A stretch of 64,000 bases of DNA from Mobula hypostoma (Eukaryota), in contig NC_086116.1 in NCBI RefSeq assembly GCF_963921235.1, positions 60,266,001 to 60,330,000 on the forward strand. Reading direction: 5' to 3'. Positions 13,536-26,530 of the stretch are shown here, piece after piece. The stretch's first letter is position 1. Each line of letters opens with the position of its first letter. The notes under the pieces were generated by a model. That model was not told the origin of the DNA and did not search any database. It saw nothing but the letters and a program-made list of their open reading frames with translations. The position numbers and the translations under genes are program-made.

Positions 13536-13682
13536 GCTGATTTTATTTTTGTCTGTCTTCTTTCTCTCCCTCCCATCAGGTAAACAGTGAAAATGAACTC
13601 TTGATCTCTGAGTCTACATTATCATGGTCCTTGTACTTTAATTACGTATCTGCACTGCTCTTTTTTCTTTATACAACAAAGG

Positions 13683-13960
13683 ATGCCAGGTAGTGTAGCT
13701 GTTAGCAGGGCACTCTTACAGCTCGGGGCGTCCCCAAGCTCAGAGTTCAGTCTTGGCGCTATCTGTAAGGAGTTTGTACGTTCTCCCCGTGAACTGCATG
13801 GGTTTCCTCTGGGTGTTCCAATTTCCTCCCACAATCCAAAAAAGTACTGGTTAGTAGGTTAATTGGTCATTGTAAATGTTCCTGTGATTAGGCTAGGGTT
13901 AAATTGGTGGGTTGCTGGATGATGCAGCTCGTTGGGCCGGTAGGGTCCCTGTATGTAAGT
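13683..13960 (+). mobile_element. HE1-like V-SINE, well preserved
   Basis: Head ggtagtgtagctgttagc...gagttcagtct; V domain gttctccccgtgaactgcatgggtttcctctgggtgttccaatttcctcccacaatccaaa; (gtaa)n end. Confidence 0.85.
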
Positions 13961-14450
13961 AAGTAATAAGTAACTATAGGTGCCACAATCATTTGCTACT
14001 CTAGCCAGTTTTTCATCATTAGACTGCACACTGATCATTTCATACATTAATGGCAAAATTTCTACTTGCATTTGCCTCAGTGAAGAGGAAAATTGAAGCT
14101 GTTGTGTTACACTTGTATTACTTTTGATTAAATTGTTTAACTTCATCTCCAGTTGTTTGCCTTTGTAAAAATGAAAATAGGTAATGAAGTGCTCATTAAT
14201 TCAACAAAGAGGGCAAGCCTGTGGCAGGAAGCTTCAATTTAAGAGTTGTCAGATGTGATTATGAGAGACTACATAAACTAAGTAAAACAAAACAGGGGTT
14301 CTCATAAGGCATTGTGTCCTTCCTTCCTCCAAAAATTACTATTGTTCTTAATCCCAATGTTAAAATTTTGTTTGAACCATTTTAATTGCCTAGATGAATC
14401 TCATTTTGTTGGAGTTCCTACTATGAATTGTGATCCGTGAATGTTGGGAG

Positions 14451-17397
14451 TAGAAACACAGAAAAACCACAGCACAATACAGGCCCTTTTGCCCACAATG
14501 CTGTGCCAAACACGTACTTACTTTAGAAATTACGTAGGATTACCCATAGCCCTCTATTTTTCTAAGCTCCACATACCTATCCAGGAGTCGCTTAAAGGAC
14601 CCTATCGTATCTGCCTCCACCACCATCGCCAGCAACCCATTCCACGCACTCACCACTCTGCGTAAAAAACTTATCCCTGACATCTCCAATGTACCTACTT
14701 CCAAACACCTTAAAACTGTGCCCTCTCGTGATAGCCATTTCAGCCCTGGGAAAAAGCCTCTGACTATCCACACAATCAATGCCTCTCATCACCTAATACA
14801 CCTCTATCAGGTCACCTCTCATCCTCCGTCGCTCCAAAGAGAAAAGGCCAAGTTCACTAAACCTATTCTCATAAGGCATGCTCCCCAATCCAGGAAACAT
14901 CCTTGTAAATCTCCTCTGCACCCTTTCTATAGTTTCCACATCCTTCCTGCAGTGAGGTGACCAGAACTGAGCACAGTACTCCAAGCGGGGTCTGACCAGG
15001 GTCCTATATAACTTTACATTACCTCTCGGCTCTTAAACTCAGTCCCACGATTGATGAAGGCCAATGCACCTTATGCCTTCTTAACCACAGAGTCAACCTG
15101 CACAGCAGCTTTGAGTGTCCTACGGACTCGGACCCCACGATCCCTCTGATCCTCCACACTGCCAAGAGTCTTACCATTAATACTATATTTTGCCATCATT
15201 TTTGACCTACCAAAATGAACCACCTCACACTTATCTGGGTTGAACTCCATCTGCCACTTCTCAGCCCAGTTTTGAATCCTGTCGATGTCCCACTGTAACC
15301 TCTGACAGCCCTCCACACTATCCACAACACCTCCAACCTTTGTGTCATCAGCAAATTTACTAACCCATCCCTTCACTTCCTCATCCAGGTCATTTATAAA
15401 ATTCACGAAGAGTAGGGGTCCCAGAACAGATCCCTGAGGCACACCACTGGTCACCAACCTCCATGTAGAATATGACCCATAAGCTCTCTCAATAAGCCTT
15501 GCATGGGGTACCTTATCAAATGCCTTGCTGAAATCCATATACACTACATCTACTGCTCTACTTTCATTAATTTGTTTAGTCATATCCTCAAAAAATTCAT
15601 TCAGGCTCATAAGGCACTCCTGCCTTTGACAAGGCCTTGTTGTCTACTCCTAATCATATTATGCCTCTCCAAACGTTCACAAATCCTGCCCCTCAGGATC
15701 TCTTCCATCAACTTACCAACCACTGCAGTAAGACTCACTGGTCTATAATTTCCTGGACTATCTCTGTTCCCTTTCTTGAATAAGGAAACAACATCTGCAA
15801 AACTCCAATCCTCTGGAAACTTCCCCGTCCTCATTGATGATGCAAAGATCATTGCCAGAGGCTCAGCCATCTCTTCCCTCGCTTCCCACAGTAGCCTGGG
15901 GTACATCTCGTCCGGTCCCGGACACTTATCCAATCTGATGCTTTCCAAAAGCTCCAGCACATCCTCTTTCTTAATGTCTATATGCTCAAGCTTTTCAATC
16001 TGCTGTAAGTAGTCCCTACAATCGCCAAGACCTTTTCCGTGGTGAATATTGCAGCAAAGTATTCATTTAGTACCTCAGCTATCTCCTCTGGTTCCATACA
16101 CACTTTTCCACTGTCACACTTGATTGGTCCTATTCTCTCATATCTTATTATCTTGCTCTTCACATACTTGTAGAATGCCTTGGGGTTTTCTTTAAACCTG
16201 CTCGCCAAGGCCTTCTCATGGCCCCTTCTGGCTCTCCTAATTTCATTCTTAAGCTCCTTCCTGCTAGCCTTATAATCTTCTCGATCTCTATCATTACATA
16301 GTTTTTTGAGCCTTTCGTAAGCTTTTCTTTTCTTCTTGACTAGATTTTCAATAGCCTTTGTACACTACGGTTCCTGTACCCTACCATCATTGTCTCATTG
16401 GAACGTACCTATGCAGAACATCACGCAAATATCCTTTGAACATTTGCCACATTTCTGCTGTACATTTCCCTGAGAACATCTGTTCTCAATTTACACTTCC
16501 CAGTTCCTGCCTGAAAGCTTCATATTTCCCCTTTCTGCAATTAAAAGCTTTCCTAACTTGTCTGTTCCTATCCCTGTCCAATGCTATGGTAAAGGAGATA
16601 GAATTGTGATCACTATCTCCAAAATGCTTTCCCAATGCCAGATCAAGAACGGCCTCTCCTCTTGTAGGCTTATCTACATACTGTGTCAGGAAACCTTCCT
16701 GAACACACCTAACAAACTGCACCCCATCTGAATCCCTTGCTCTTGGGAGATGCCAATCAATATTTGGGAATTTAAAATTTCCCACCACAACAACCCTGTT
16801 ACTATTACACCTTTCCAGAATCTGTCTCCCTATCCGCTCCTCGATGTCTCTATTACTATTGGGTGGTCTATAAAAAACACCCAGTAGAGTTATTGACCCA
16901 TTCCTGTTTCTAACTTCCACCCACAGAGACTCAGTAGACAATCCCTCCATAACTTCCTCTTTTTCTGCAGCCATGACACACTCTGATCAGCAGTACCACA
17001 CCCCCACCTCTTCTGCCTCACTCCCTGACCATCTAAAGCCTGGCACTCTAAGTAACCATTCCTGTCCCTGAGCTTTCTAAGTCTCTGTAATGGCCACAAC
17101 ATCACAGCTCCAAGTACTGATCCATGATCTAAACTCACTCGCTTTGTTCATGATGCTTCTTGCATTAAAATAGACACATCTCAAACCATCAATCTGAGCG
17201 TATCCCATCTCTATTACCTGCCTATTCTCTCGCACCGTCTCCAAGCTTTCTCTGTATGCGAGCCAACCGCCCCTTCCTCCATCTCTTCAGTTCGGTTCCC
17301 ACCCCCCAGCAATTCTAGTGTAAATGCTCCCCAGTAACCTTAGCAAACCTCCCTGACAGGATATTGGTCCCCTTTGGATTCAAGCGCAACCCGTCCT
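14451..17397 (-). mobile_element. CR1-clade LINE: end of ORF1 (esterase-like) plus decayed ORF2 (APE endonuclease and RT) and 3' UTR
   Basis: ORF fragments GVFYRPPNS, GNFKFPNIDW, SDHNSI (endonuclease); NYRPVSLT, DFSKAFDKVPH, GVPQGSVLGP, FADD (RT); DGLRLNPKGTNIL at ~17360-17397 resembles the CR1 ORF1 SGNH esterase end; frameshifted and internally deleted. Confidence 0.92.
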
Positions 17398-17570
17398 GTA
17401 GTTCAAAGTGCTTTACAATGGGATAAAAGTACAAATATGAAAATAAAACACAAAGAAACCTTAGTTAAAAGCAAGGTTGAATAAATAGGTTTGAGCTAGT
17501 GTTTAAAAATATCAGCTGAATTTGCATCTTTTATAGTTTTAGATATTGAATTCCACATTTAGGAGCCCAC
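17398..17570 (-). mobile_element. L2-like LINE 3' end remnant
   Basis: caaagtgctttaca...aaagcaaggttgaataaataggtttgagctagtgtttaaa resembles L2-clade 3' ends. Confidence 0.4.
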
Positions 17571-19364
17571 TGATGTGCTACCTTCTGAAGAGTTGTTTTT
17601 AATATCCATCATCCATTGTCATATACAAAGCATGGTGAGATTCATCAGCTTATTTGTACGTGTGTTATTGGCTTTACTTGAGGGACTCAAGACATTGAAA
17701 CAGGTAAGACCCATTGATACCCCACAGCTATTAGAAAGCAGTAGTTCTGAATAATATGCTGCCTTGAAATTCAAGTCACACCACTCTTTCTTTCTCTCAT
17801 TACTGTTGGGCTTTCAGAGTTCATACTTGTTTCAGTTACACAACACAACTCAGTTGAATGAAGAGCTGTCAAATGCTGTCCCTGTAAATGACACTATGCC
17901 AATTCACATGTTGGATTAAACATGTTTTCGTTGACAGAAATCTTTACACAAAAAATATTAGCCCCCTTTAGTGGTTATAAAGTCTGCGGTAGGGGACTGT
18001 AGGGTTATTTGGTAGTTGTCAGTCATTCATGGATATCGAGGGAATATATTGATTATATTTTGATAAAAATTCTGGGTACAACACACAAAGACAAGCTAAT
18101 CCTATATAACAAAAAAATTATGGCTGCCCGAATACTTAACCTGTTCACCACTAAATGTGGTGCACTTTCAGAGGATTACAGAATTTTACAACACACCATC
18201 TGTAGCGCACTGGAGAAAACTAACAACATAAGTGACCAATAAGATCGATGGTGTTGCTTTTGCAAGAACAGCTGAAGTTTAAACAAAAATAAAAACATGT
18301 TCTTATGTTTTCAATTAAAACAAATTCTAAGTTCAGTTGATGTGAGGTTTCCCCCAGGTTGATTTTAGGAAGTAAATCCTCTGGAACGTTAGCTCTATTT
18401 CTCCATCCACAGATGCTGCCTGACTTTCCAGTAGTCTCTGTTTTCATTTCAAATTTGTAGCATCTGTTTTTTGTATTTGCACCATTTGTCTTTTGCACAT
18501 TGGTTGTCTGTCGGTCTTTGTTTATGTATAGTTTTCATAAATTGTATTACTTCATTTTTTCTGTAAATGCCTACAAGAAAATGAATCTCAAGGTAGCATA
18601 TGGTGATATATACATAGTTTGATAAATTTACTTTGACTTTGGCTTTGATTACTGAAAGAAAACACCGTATTATCTATTGAATGGTTAAATATGTACCTTA
18701 GTCATGAAGCATATTTTGATCATTATAATTTGTGCCAGTGTTTCTGGAATTCATAAGCAGTTAAGCAGTTTGATTTTATTTATTGAGCACTTGGAGAAAA
18801 CTAGCAGTAAAAGGAGCCTGTTACTTCTCTGAGAACAGAAATAAACATTTCGTCTTGAAGGATTTATTTTTAAACAAAGTAAAAGGATCAAAGCCCTTGT
18901 GCAGAAAAGGCAGATGAGGTGGGTGATGTTATTTAACATGAATCCTGGGTTTAATACATGACTGGCAAAGAATTAGCTTTTGTTTTGGATCGGTGGAGGA
19001 GGGAAGAGTGAAGGAAGTGTAGATATGTGTACATAGACAGCTATGATGTTAGTAATTATGAGTTTAATTCTATTCTCTTGTTCTCATGTACCTACAAATG
19101 TTTGTAGTTGCACAATAAATGAGTATTCTTTTTAAATTAAGTTAATTCAATTCTATAAGCTATTAACTTTACTGCCCCACCCACTCACATGATAGTTGAA
19201 AGAGGCTTTGATATTGGGAGAGTATTCATTACACTGCTGAATTGTGGCCAGAAGTGAAATTTTAATCAAGATTATGGGTCCTAATCGTTCTTTTCACCAG
19301 TGACTGTAGCAGCTCTCTAATTGCTATTGAGTACATTTACATAGAACGCTGAAATCAAGAAGCA

Positions 19365-19772
19365 ACATTCTTCATCAAAGAACAAACTCCCCCCCCCCCC
19401 CGCCAACTGTCCGGCCATGTTCTTGGTACTACCATCAGGCAGGGGGTTAATGAGAAGTCACAGGTCCCACACCACCAGGTTCAGGAACAGTTATTACCCT
19501 ACAACCATCAAGCTCCTGAACGGGCATAAATAACTTTCATCACCTCACCTCTGAACCATCCACATCTACATCTACAGACTCACTTTCTCTTCACAACTCA
19601 TGTTCTTGGTATTATTTTTATTTGTACGGTTGCCTTTTTTACAAATTGGTATTTGTCAGTTTTTGTTGTTCTATAGTGCTTTTCCTGTAAATGCCTACAA
19701 GAATTGAATTTCAAAGTAGTATATGGTGATGATATATACTTTGATAATTAGCTTACTTTGAACTTCGAACTT
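19365..19772 (+). mobile_element. Rex1/Babar-type LINE 3' fragment
   Basis: ctaccatcaggcaggggg...caccaccaggttcaggaacagttattaccctacaaccatcaagctcctgaac (LPSGR...TTRFRNSYYPTTIKLLN) with a (tttgaac)n tail. Confidence 0.65.
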
Positions 19773-20174
19773 TTCTCTTAGTGTCATTGTTCGCCTACTC
19801 AGACGATAGCAATTTCTTGCAGGCATGTTGATTTGAAACAAGTTGCTCCTGCAGGAATTTAGATTATGTATCTTCTCTTCACTTTTCTTCCTTTCCTGTT
19901 AACTTTAAAATTGCAGTAAACTGCACAATCATCTGAATGACCATAAGACTTAGGAGAATTAGGCCATTTGGCCCATCAAATCTGCTCCATCATTTGATCA
20001 TGGCTAATTTATTTTCCTTCTCAACCCCTTCTCCTGCCTTCTCTCGTAACCTTCAACACCAGCGGAAGTTAAGAAGTTAACAACTTCCGCTTTAAATAAA
20101 CTCAATGAGTTGGTTTCCACAGCCAGCTGGCAATGAATTCCACTCATTCACACATTCTGGCTAAAGAAATACCT

Positions 20175-20431
20175 TGTAGTCGCGCTCATACGCAATGAGT
20201 GAAAGTAGCACACTCAACCAGACCCTGCTCAACTGAACTGTTTACTGTTTAAATCCGCGCGCGCTTAAGTCCTGCTCCCAGCATCCCTCGTTTTTGGGGG
20301 GGGGGGCGGAAGTGACGTCAGCTTCCAGGCCAAGGTCTGCCCCGCACTCAGAGCCCTCTCAGTTGCCGCTGGCTGCAGACTCGCCCGCGACTGCTGGAGC
20401 CGGTTCGCTAGCCCGTGGGCGAGCCGTCACA
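20175..20431 (-). repeat. 3' LTR of Gypsy element
   Basis: tgtagtc...gagccgtcaca, a direct repeat of 24180-24433; preceded on the minus strand by a G-run PPT (20437-20455). Confidence 0.92.
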
Positions 20432-20459
20432 TAATCCGCCCCCCCCCCCCCCCCCAGAA

Positions 20460-23400
20460 CCGGCGCTAGGAGGTGCAGAGTCCACAGCCTGCACACTGTC
20501 AGTTGTTTTAGGTGACTGGCCTCGTCGTCGTGGGGGTGGTACTGCAACCAGGCATTCAAAGGTCCAGATGCGCCGGTTTGAGACGGTCAATGGTAAAAGT
20601 CTCTTCACGACTGCCGATGTCGAGAACTCAGGTCAGCCCATTATGACGCACCACCTTGTAGGGTCCTTCGTAAGGTCGCTGCAGGGGTGATCTGTGTGCG
20701 CCTCGGCGAAGGAAAACATACTTGCTCTGTTGTAGGTCCTTGGGCACAAAAGAGGGTGTTGTTCCATGATGGGATGTCAGGACTGGGGCAAGTGTTCCAA
20801 GCCGCTCTTGGAGTTTAGTTAGGACTGCTGTAGCTGTGCCCTCCGGGCCACGGGGTGTTGGCAGAAATTCACTGGGAACTGTGAGCAGGGCACCGTAAAC
20901 CAGTTCGGCTGATGATGCGGCCAGGTCCTCCTTGGGTGCCGTGCAGATACCAAGCAGCACCCGGGGGGAAGGGCGGGGTTCGTCCACACAGTCTGGCCCT
21001 CGGAGACGTGCCATCAGGGCTGACTTCAAGTGCCTGTGGAAGCGTTCCACCAGGCCGTTGGACTGCGGGTGGTAAGCAGTCGTTTGGTGGAGCTGGGTTC
21101 GAGGCAAAGCCGATGTGAACTGCACTCCCCTGTCTGAAGTGACGTGGGCTGGGAGTCGGAACCGTGCCACCCAGGTGGTAATCGGGGCTCTGGTGCATGT
21201 CTCTGTGACCGTGTCAGCGAGTGGGACAGCTTCCAGCCACCTCGTGAACCTGTCCACTATGATGAACAGGTATCTCGCTCCTCTCGAAACCAGCAGTGGG
21301 CTGACGATGTCCACATGGACATGTTCGAACCTTCTATGTGTCGGCTGGAAGGGTTGCAGTGGGGCCCACACGTGCCCCTGGATTTTGGAGGTTTGACAGT
21401 GCGTGCTTGTCCTGGCCCAGTGCCTGACCTCCTTGCGTAGGCCGTGCCACACAAACCTGTCTGCGATCAGCCGGCTGGTTGCCCGGATGGATGGGTGGGC
21501 TAAACCGTGCAAGGCATCGAAAACGCGGCGCCTCCAAGCGGTCAGGACAATGGGCCGAGATTGCCCGGTGGACACATCGCAAAGGAGCTCATTACCTTCG
21601 GGCCCAATGGGTATGTCTTCGAGGCCGAGTCCTGAGACTGCGGTTCGGTATGCCAGCATCTCACTATTACGTCGTTACGCCTCAGCTAATGCCACATAAT
21701 CCACCCCGGAGACAGAGAGTACACTAATTGGACGGAGGTGCGCGACAATGCGTCAGCTAACACGTTGTTCTTCCCGGAGATGTGCTTGATCGTGGTGGTA
21801 AACTCCGAATTGTACGACAGGTGGCGTTGCTGGCGGCCCACGCGAAAGTGAGGGGCTTGTGGTCTGTGAAGACCGTGAACTCCCTCCCTTCCAAGAAATA
21901 CCTGAAGTGCCGGATGACAAGGTACAGGGCCAGCAGCTCCCTGTCGAAAGCACTGTACTTAAGTTCTGGGGGTCATAGGTGCCGGCTGAAAAAAGCGAGT
22001 GGCTTCCACTGGCCTTCGATGAGCTGCTCGAGCACACCGCCAACTGCCGCGTCGGAGGCATCCACAGTGAGGGCAGTGGTGGACCAGGAGCGTGGCGTTT
22101 GCTAGTATGTTCTTGGCTTCTTCAAAAGCCGCCGTCGCCTCCTCTGTCCAGGTGACCTCTTTGACCTTGCCAGACATCAAGCCGAAAAGGGGCCGCTGAG
22201 GGCAGGAAACGGTGATAAAAGTCAACAACAAATTTCTGCAGGCCTGTAACAGTGCTGGGCCTGGCGAATTGGCGGATGGCTTCAACTTTTGCTGGCAGGG
22301 GCACAACTCCATGGTGGTCGATCCGGTGTCCCAAGAAGTCGATGGCGGGTAGGCCAAACTGGCACTTGGCGGCGCTGATAGCCAGGCCGTAGTCGCTTAG
22401 GTGGCAGCAGAGCAGGCATAGATGTGCTAGATGTTCCTGGCGGGAGCGGCTGGCGATAAGTATGTCATCCAGGTAGACGAACAGAAAGTCCAGATCTCGC
22501 TCACTGCGTCCATCAGGCTTTGGAACATCTGCGCCGTGTTTTTGAGCCCAAACGGCATCCTGAGGAACTTGAACAGGCCAAAGGGGGTAATGAGGGCCGT
22601 CTTGGGTACATCGTCTGGGTGGACTGGGATCTGATGATACCCTCAGACCAGGTCAATCTTCGAAAAGATGCGTGCCCCGTGCACGTTGGCCGTAAAGTGG
22701 ATGTGCATTACCGGATAGCGATCGGGTGTGGTGGCGTCATTCAGCCTCCAATAGTTGCCGCACGGTCTCCACCCTCCCATGGACTTGGGCACCATATGGA
22801 GTGGGGAGGCCCACGGGCTGTCGGAACGCCGCACAGTCCCCATCTCCTCCATCTTTTTGAATTCCTCCTTCGCGAGGCGGAGCTTGTCGGGCGGTAGCCT
22901 GCGGGCCTGGGCATGAAGGGGAGGTCCCTGTGTGGGGATGTGGTGCATCACACCGTGCTTGGGGTTTGTTGAGGAAAAGTGCGGCGTGATGATAGATGGG
23001 AATTCTGATAACACTCCGGCGAACTCCTTGTCGGAATAAGTGATGGAATCCAGCTGCAGGGCCGGTAACCTGGTCTCACCGAGGGAGAAAGACTGGAACG
23101 TCTTCGCAATTAACGAATCGTCGCCCTTTCAAATCCACGAGCAGGCAGTGCGCGCGGAGGAAGTCCGCACCTAGCAATGGCTGTGACACTGCAGCCAGCG
23201 TAAATGTCCATGTAAAGCGGCTGGAACCGAACTGCAAGGGGATGGTTCTTGTGCCATAGGTGCGGATGGTGCTGCTGTTGGCTGCCCTAAGTTCCGGTCC
23301 TGTTCTTCTAGTTCGGGTATCGTGGCTCAAAGGGGGTAGGACACTGATTTCTGCCCCCATGTCCACCAGGAACCTACGCCCGGAGTGCTTGTCCCAAACA

Positions 23401-24141
23401 TGGAGGAGGCTATCACGGTGACCAGCCACTGTAGCTATTAGCGACGGTGGTCCTGGCGTTTCCCTGAAATGAGCATGGAGGTCGGCAGCGGCAGGCCCCA
23501 GAACCCCACCTTTGCTGATAAAAACACTAAGACTCAGAAGTGGTGCCGTCCCTTGGTGTGGGTGTTCTGTGCTCCGCTGCTGGGGTGTGGGAGGGCTAGA
23601 CTTTCGGCCGTGCCGCAGCACTAATTTCAATGGTGGTTCCACCATTTTTTTTGGCGCGCCAAAGCACATCCACGCGGGCAGCCACCCTGCGTAGGTCTCT
23701 GAAGTCCTCATCTACTAGCTGGAGGTGGATGTCTTCTGGCATTTGTTCCAAGAAGATCTGTTCAAAAAGCAGGCAAGGCTTATGGCCGTCTGCCAGTGCT
23801 AGCATGTCTCTCATCAGGGCTGACAGCGCGCGGTCGCCCAGGCCATCCATATGCAGTAACCGCGCGGCCCGGTCGCGGCAGGAGAGGCCAAATGTGCGGA
23901 TTAACAGGACCTTGGGTGCCTCGTACCTGTCTGTTGCCGGGGGCTGATGCAGAAAGTCGATAGTGCGGCCCGCTGTCTCCTGGTCGAGGGCGCCCACCAC
24001 ATAGTAATACCTGGTGGTGTCTGAGACAATTTACCTGACCTGGAACTGGGCCTCTGCTTGCTTGAACCAGACCAGGGGTTGAGTGGTCCAGAAGGTTGGC
24101 AGTTTAAGGGAAACTGCATTCTGCAGAGCCGAGTCATTCAT
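20460..24141 (-). pseudogene. gag-pol (gag, aspartic protease, RT, RNase H, integrase), frameshifted
   Basis: Gag MNDSALQNAVSLKLPTFW; protease RFLVDMGAEISVLP; RT SPWASPLHMVPK, FSKIDL, VYLDDIL (~22460-22480); RNase H TVDAS; integrase HGLAHP, HVHVDIV, SDRGVQF, SNGLVERFH, PYEGPYKV. Confidence 0.92.
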
Positions 24142-24164
24142 GCTGGGTCCAAATGTCGTTGGAC

Positions 24165-24178
24165 CGTCGGGGTCACCA
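24165..24178 (-). other. Primer-binding site complementary to the tRNA-Trp 3' end
   Basis: Minus strand tggtgaccccgacg, 1 nt downstream of the 5' LTR; matches the first 14 nt of the tRNA-Trp PBS (TGGTGACCCCGACGTGAT) known from avian retroviruses. Confidence 0.8.
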
Positions 24179-24179
24179 A

Positions 24180-24433
24180 TGTAGTCACACTGATGTGCAA
24201 CAAGTGAAAGTAACACACTCAATCGAGCAGGGTCTGGTTGAACTGTTTACTGTTTAAATCCATGCGTGCTTATGTCCCACTCCCGGCATCCCCCGCTCTT
24301 TGCGGGGCAGAAGTGACGTCGGCTTCTGGGCCAAGGTCTGCCCTGCACTCAGAGCCCTCTCAGTTGCCACTGGCTGTGGACTCGCCCGTGACTGCTGGAG
24401 CCGGTTTGCTTGCCGCGTGGGCGAGCCGCCACA
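24180..24433 (-). repeat. 5' LTR of Gypsy element
   Basis: tgtagtc...gagccgccaca; differences from the other LTR are largely at CpG/TpG/CpA sites. Confidence 0.92.
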
Positions 24434-24835
24434 ACCTCCTTATTTTCATTCTAAAGAGACATGCTTCTATTCTCAAGCTGTGCCTTCTGGTCCTAGACCC
24501 TTCCGTTGTTGGAAATATGAAGTACCTTTCAAAGAGATTTTCCCTCATTCTTCCAAACTCCAGTGAGTACAAGCCCAGAGCCATCACATACTCCTCATAC
24601 ATTAACCCTTTAATTCACAGGTGCTCCCTCGTGCCCCTCTTCATGTTTTTACAATTGTTGTTATTGTCAGTAACTGATGTTGATTTATCGTGAAGTTCCT
24701 TTTTCAATTCATATTAAATGAAAAGTTAAGTTTATGATATAAAGGACTGGTTACTAAGATTTTATGGTGTTAGCTGTAGTTTGATTTTTTTTATTGAGCT
24801 TGATGCATGGAAAAAGTATGTATTTGTGAACTGTT

Positions 24836-25036
24836 AGCAACACACACAAAATGCTGGAGAAACTCAGCAGGCCAGGCAGCATCTATGGAAAAAAGCACAG
24901 TTGACATTTCGGGCCAAAACCCTTCAGCAGGTGGGGGTCCTGTGCTTTTCTCCATAGATGCTGCCTGGTCTGCTGAGTTTCTCCAGCATTTTGTGTGTGT
25001 TGCTTGGATTTCCAGCGTCTACAAATTTTCTCTTGC
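24836..25036 (+). mobile_element. PLE-derived inverted-repeat element; hammerhead-like motif on minus strand at 24898-24931
   Basis: Near-perfect ~60-bp arms; minus strand ctgctga-agggttttggccc-gaaa-tgtc-aactg; 12-bp TSD ttgtgaactgtt at 24824-24835 and 25037-25048. Confidence 0.85.
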
Positions 25037-25871
25037 TTGTGAACTGTTGTAGCTCTACTACAGAGTACATGTGATGATAATAATAAGCCAATATCAGTAC
25101 CAGAAACATGGTGATCATATTGGTTTACAAAGCAAAGAAGACACATGACTACAGACTACTGTATCACAATGTGTTGCACCAATCCAGTTAATGCCAGTGC
25201 CAACCATTGAAGATTGAAGGCCAACTTTGTCTCTGGTACAGGAAAGTAACAGTTGGAGTAGAGAACATTTGGTATAATTTGCTTTGGAATATTCTGTTTC
25301 ATTTGGTGTGTCTGTTAATTATTATTTTTATATTATACATGCTTAGAGAGTTCAGTTATTTTAGTAGTATCTACAAGATAGTTAAGGAAATCTGTCATCA
25401 TAGTCCTTGGTTTTAATTGATATCAACCTTTGGCAAAAACTATTTGTGCGGCTTCAATCCTTGCAAGAGTAGTGGCCATGGCAACAGAGCAACTGCCTTT
25501 TTTAGACACTTATTCATTCTTAAGTAAGACGGCTTCAGAACAGACAGAATTTTTACCTGTTTCTAGAAGCCTGTCAAGGTGAAATTGCCATTGTCTGAAA
25601 CAATCAACAACTGATTTGTTGGTTCTTTGTCTGTGACAACCAGACCAATGCCCAATATTAAATGTGTCCACTAGCACTTTAAATTTGCTATTTGTTCAAT
25701 AAAACTTTGCACATAATCTCCCCCTCTCCACTCATGCAATTCCCACATTAGGAGTAGGGAGGAACATTCCCAAAATTAAATAGACTTTATTTCCTCTTGG
25801 AAGATCTCAAGGGAAGGTTTAAACTTCTTCAGGGTAGCTCCCTGGAAGAGATGTCGCAGAATAGTAATCCA

Positions 25872-25967
25872 GTCACAAACACACAAATGGCCAGCATTTG
25901 AGATCCTCCAGCATCTTGTGTGTGTTGCTTGGATTTTCAGCATCTGCAGATTTTCTCTTGTTTGTGA
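25872..25967 (+). mobile_element. PLE-derived element remnant (3' terminus)
   Basis: cctccagcatcttgtgtgtgttgcttggattttcagcatctgcagattttctcttgtttgtga. Confidence 0.6.
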
Positions 25968-26149
25968 CTTTATTTTCCCTTTCCAGCCAGTTCATGGCAT
26001 GTGGAAATTTGGTAGTTATTTTGCATGGTTAAGCAGGAAATCAAATTAAAATACATCTTTATATTAATGCACATTTTCTTGAGAGTATTTTAAAATGATT
26101 TTATTGCAATTTTACTGTATGGGCTTGATAGGACACATGTTTAACATAA

Positions 26150-26530
26150 ATGTACATATAAGTGAAGGCACAGCAGATTTGAGTACAAAGGCTATATTGG
26201 TGATGTTCACAGGAAATTAAAGCTCTCAACCTCAACACCATTGATCTAGCTAGACAGGCATCACACCCCCTTTCTGAAGTCAATGACCATCTCCTTTGAC
26301 ATTGAGGGAATGATTGTTGTCGTGACACCATGTCACTAAGCTCTGTATCTCCTTCCTGTCCTTTGACTCGTCGTTACTTGAGATCGTCGTTACAGTGGTA
26401 TCTGCAAACCCTGTAGATGGAGTTAGAACAGAATCTGTCCTTGAAGTCATGAGTGTACAGGGATTCTAGTAGAGCGCTGAGGATGCAGCCTTGTGGAGCG
26501 CCAGTGTTCAGAATAATCATGGCAGAGATG
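26150..26530 (-). mobile_element. Rex1/Babar-type RT fragment, decayed
   Basis: gaagtcaatgaccatctcctttg (KEMVIDF) and gaggatgcagccttgtggagcgccagtg (TGAPQGCIL) read on the minus strand. Confidence 0.65.

Larger units (their letters stand above)
20175..24433 (-). mobile_element. Full-length Ty3/Gypsy LTR retrotransposon (4259 bp), decayed
   Basis: Two ~255-bp TG...CA LTRs, 4-bp TSD acct (20171-20174 and 24434-24437), PBS, PPT, and gag-PR-RT-RH-IN order. Confidence 0.95.
19943..24620 (-). mobile_element. CR1 3' end fragment split by the Gypsy insertion (19943-20174 and 24434-~24620)
   Basis: ataagacttaggagaattaggccatttggccc...ctaaagaaatacct continues after the LTR element as acctccttattttcattctaaag...gtcctagac. 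Confidence 0.7.

Noticed and set aside
20437..20455. Poly-C tract as an independent G-quadruplex or regulatory element
   Set aside because: Explained as the polypurine tract of the Gypsy element on the minus strand
20869..23947. Numerous overlapping alternative-frame and antisense ORFs inside the Gypsy element
   Set aside because: By-products of GC-rich gag-pol sequence
24836..25036. Hairpin elements read as DNA-transposon MITEs or pre-miRNAs
   Set aside because: Variable 9-15-bp TSDs, an asymmetric tail and the hammerhead motif fit PLE-type retroposition better; no evidence for miRNA processing
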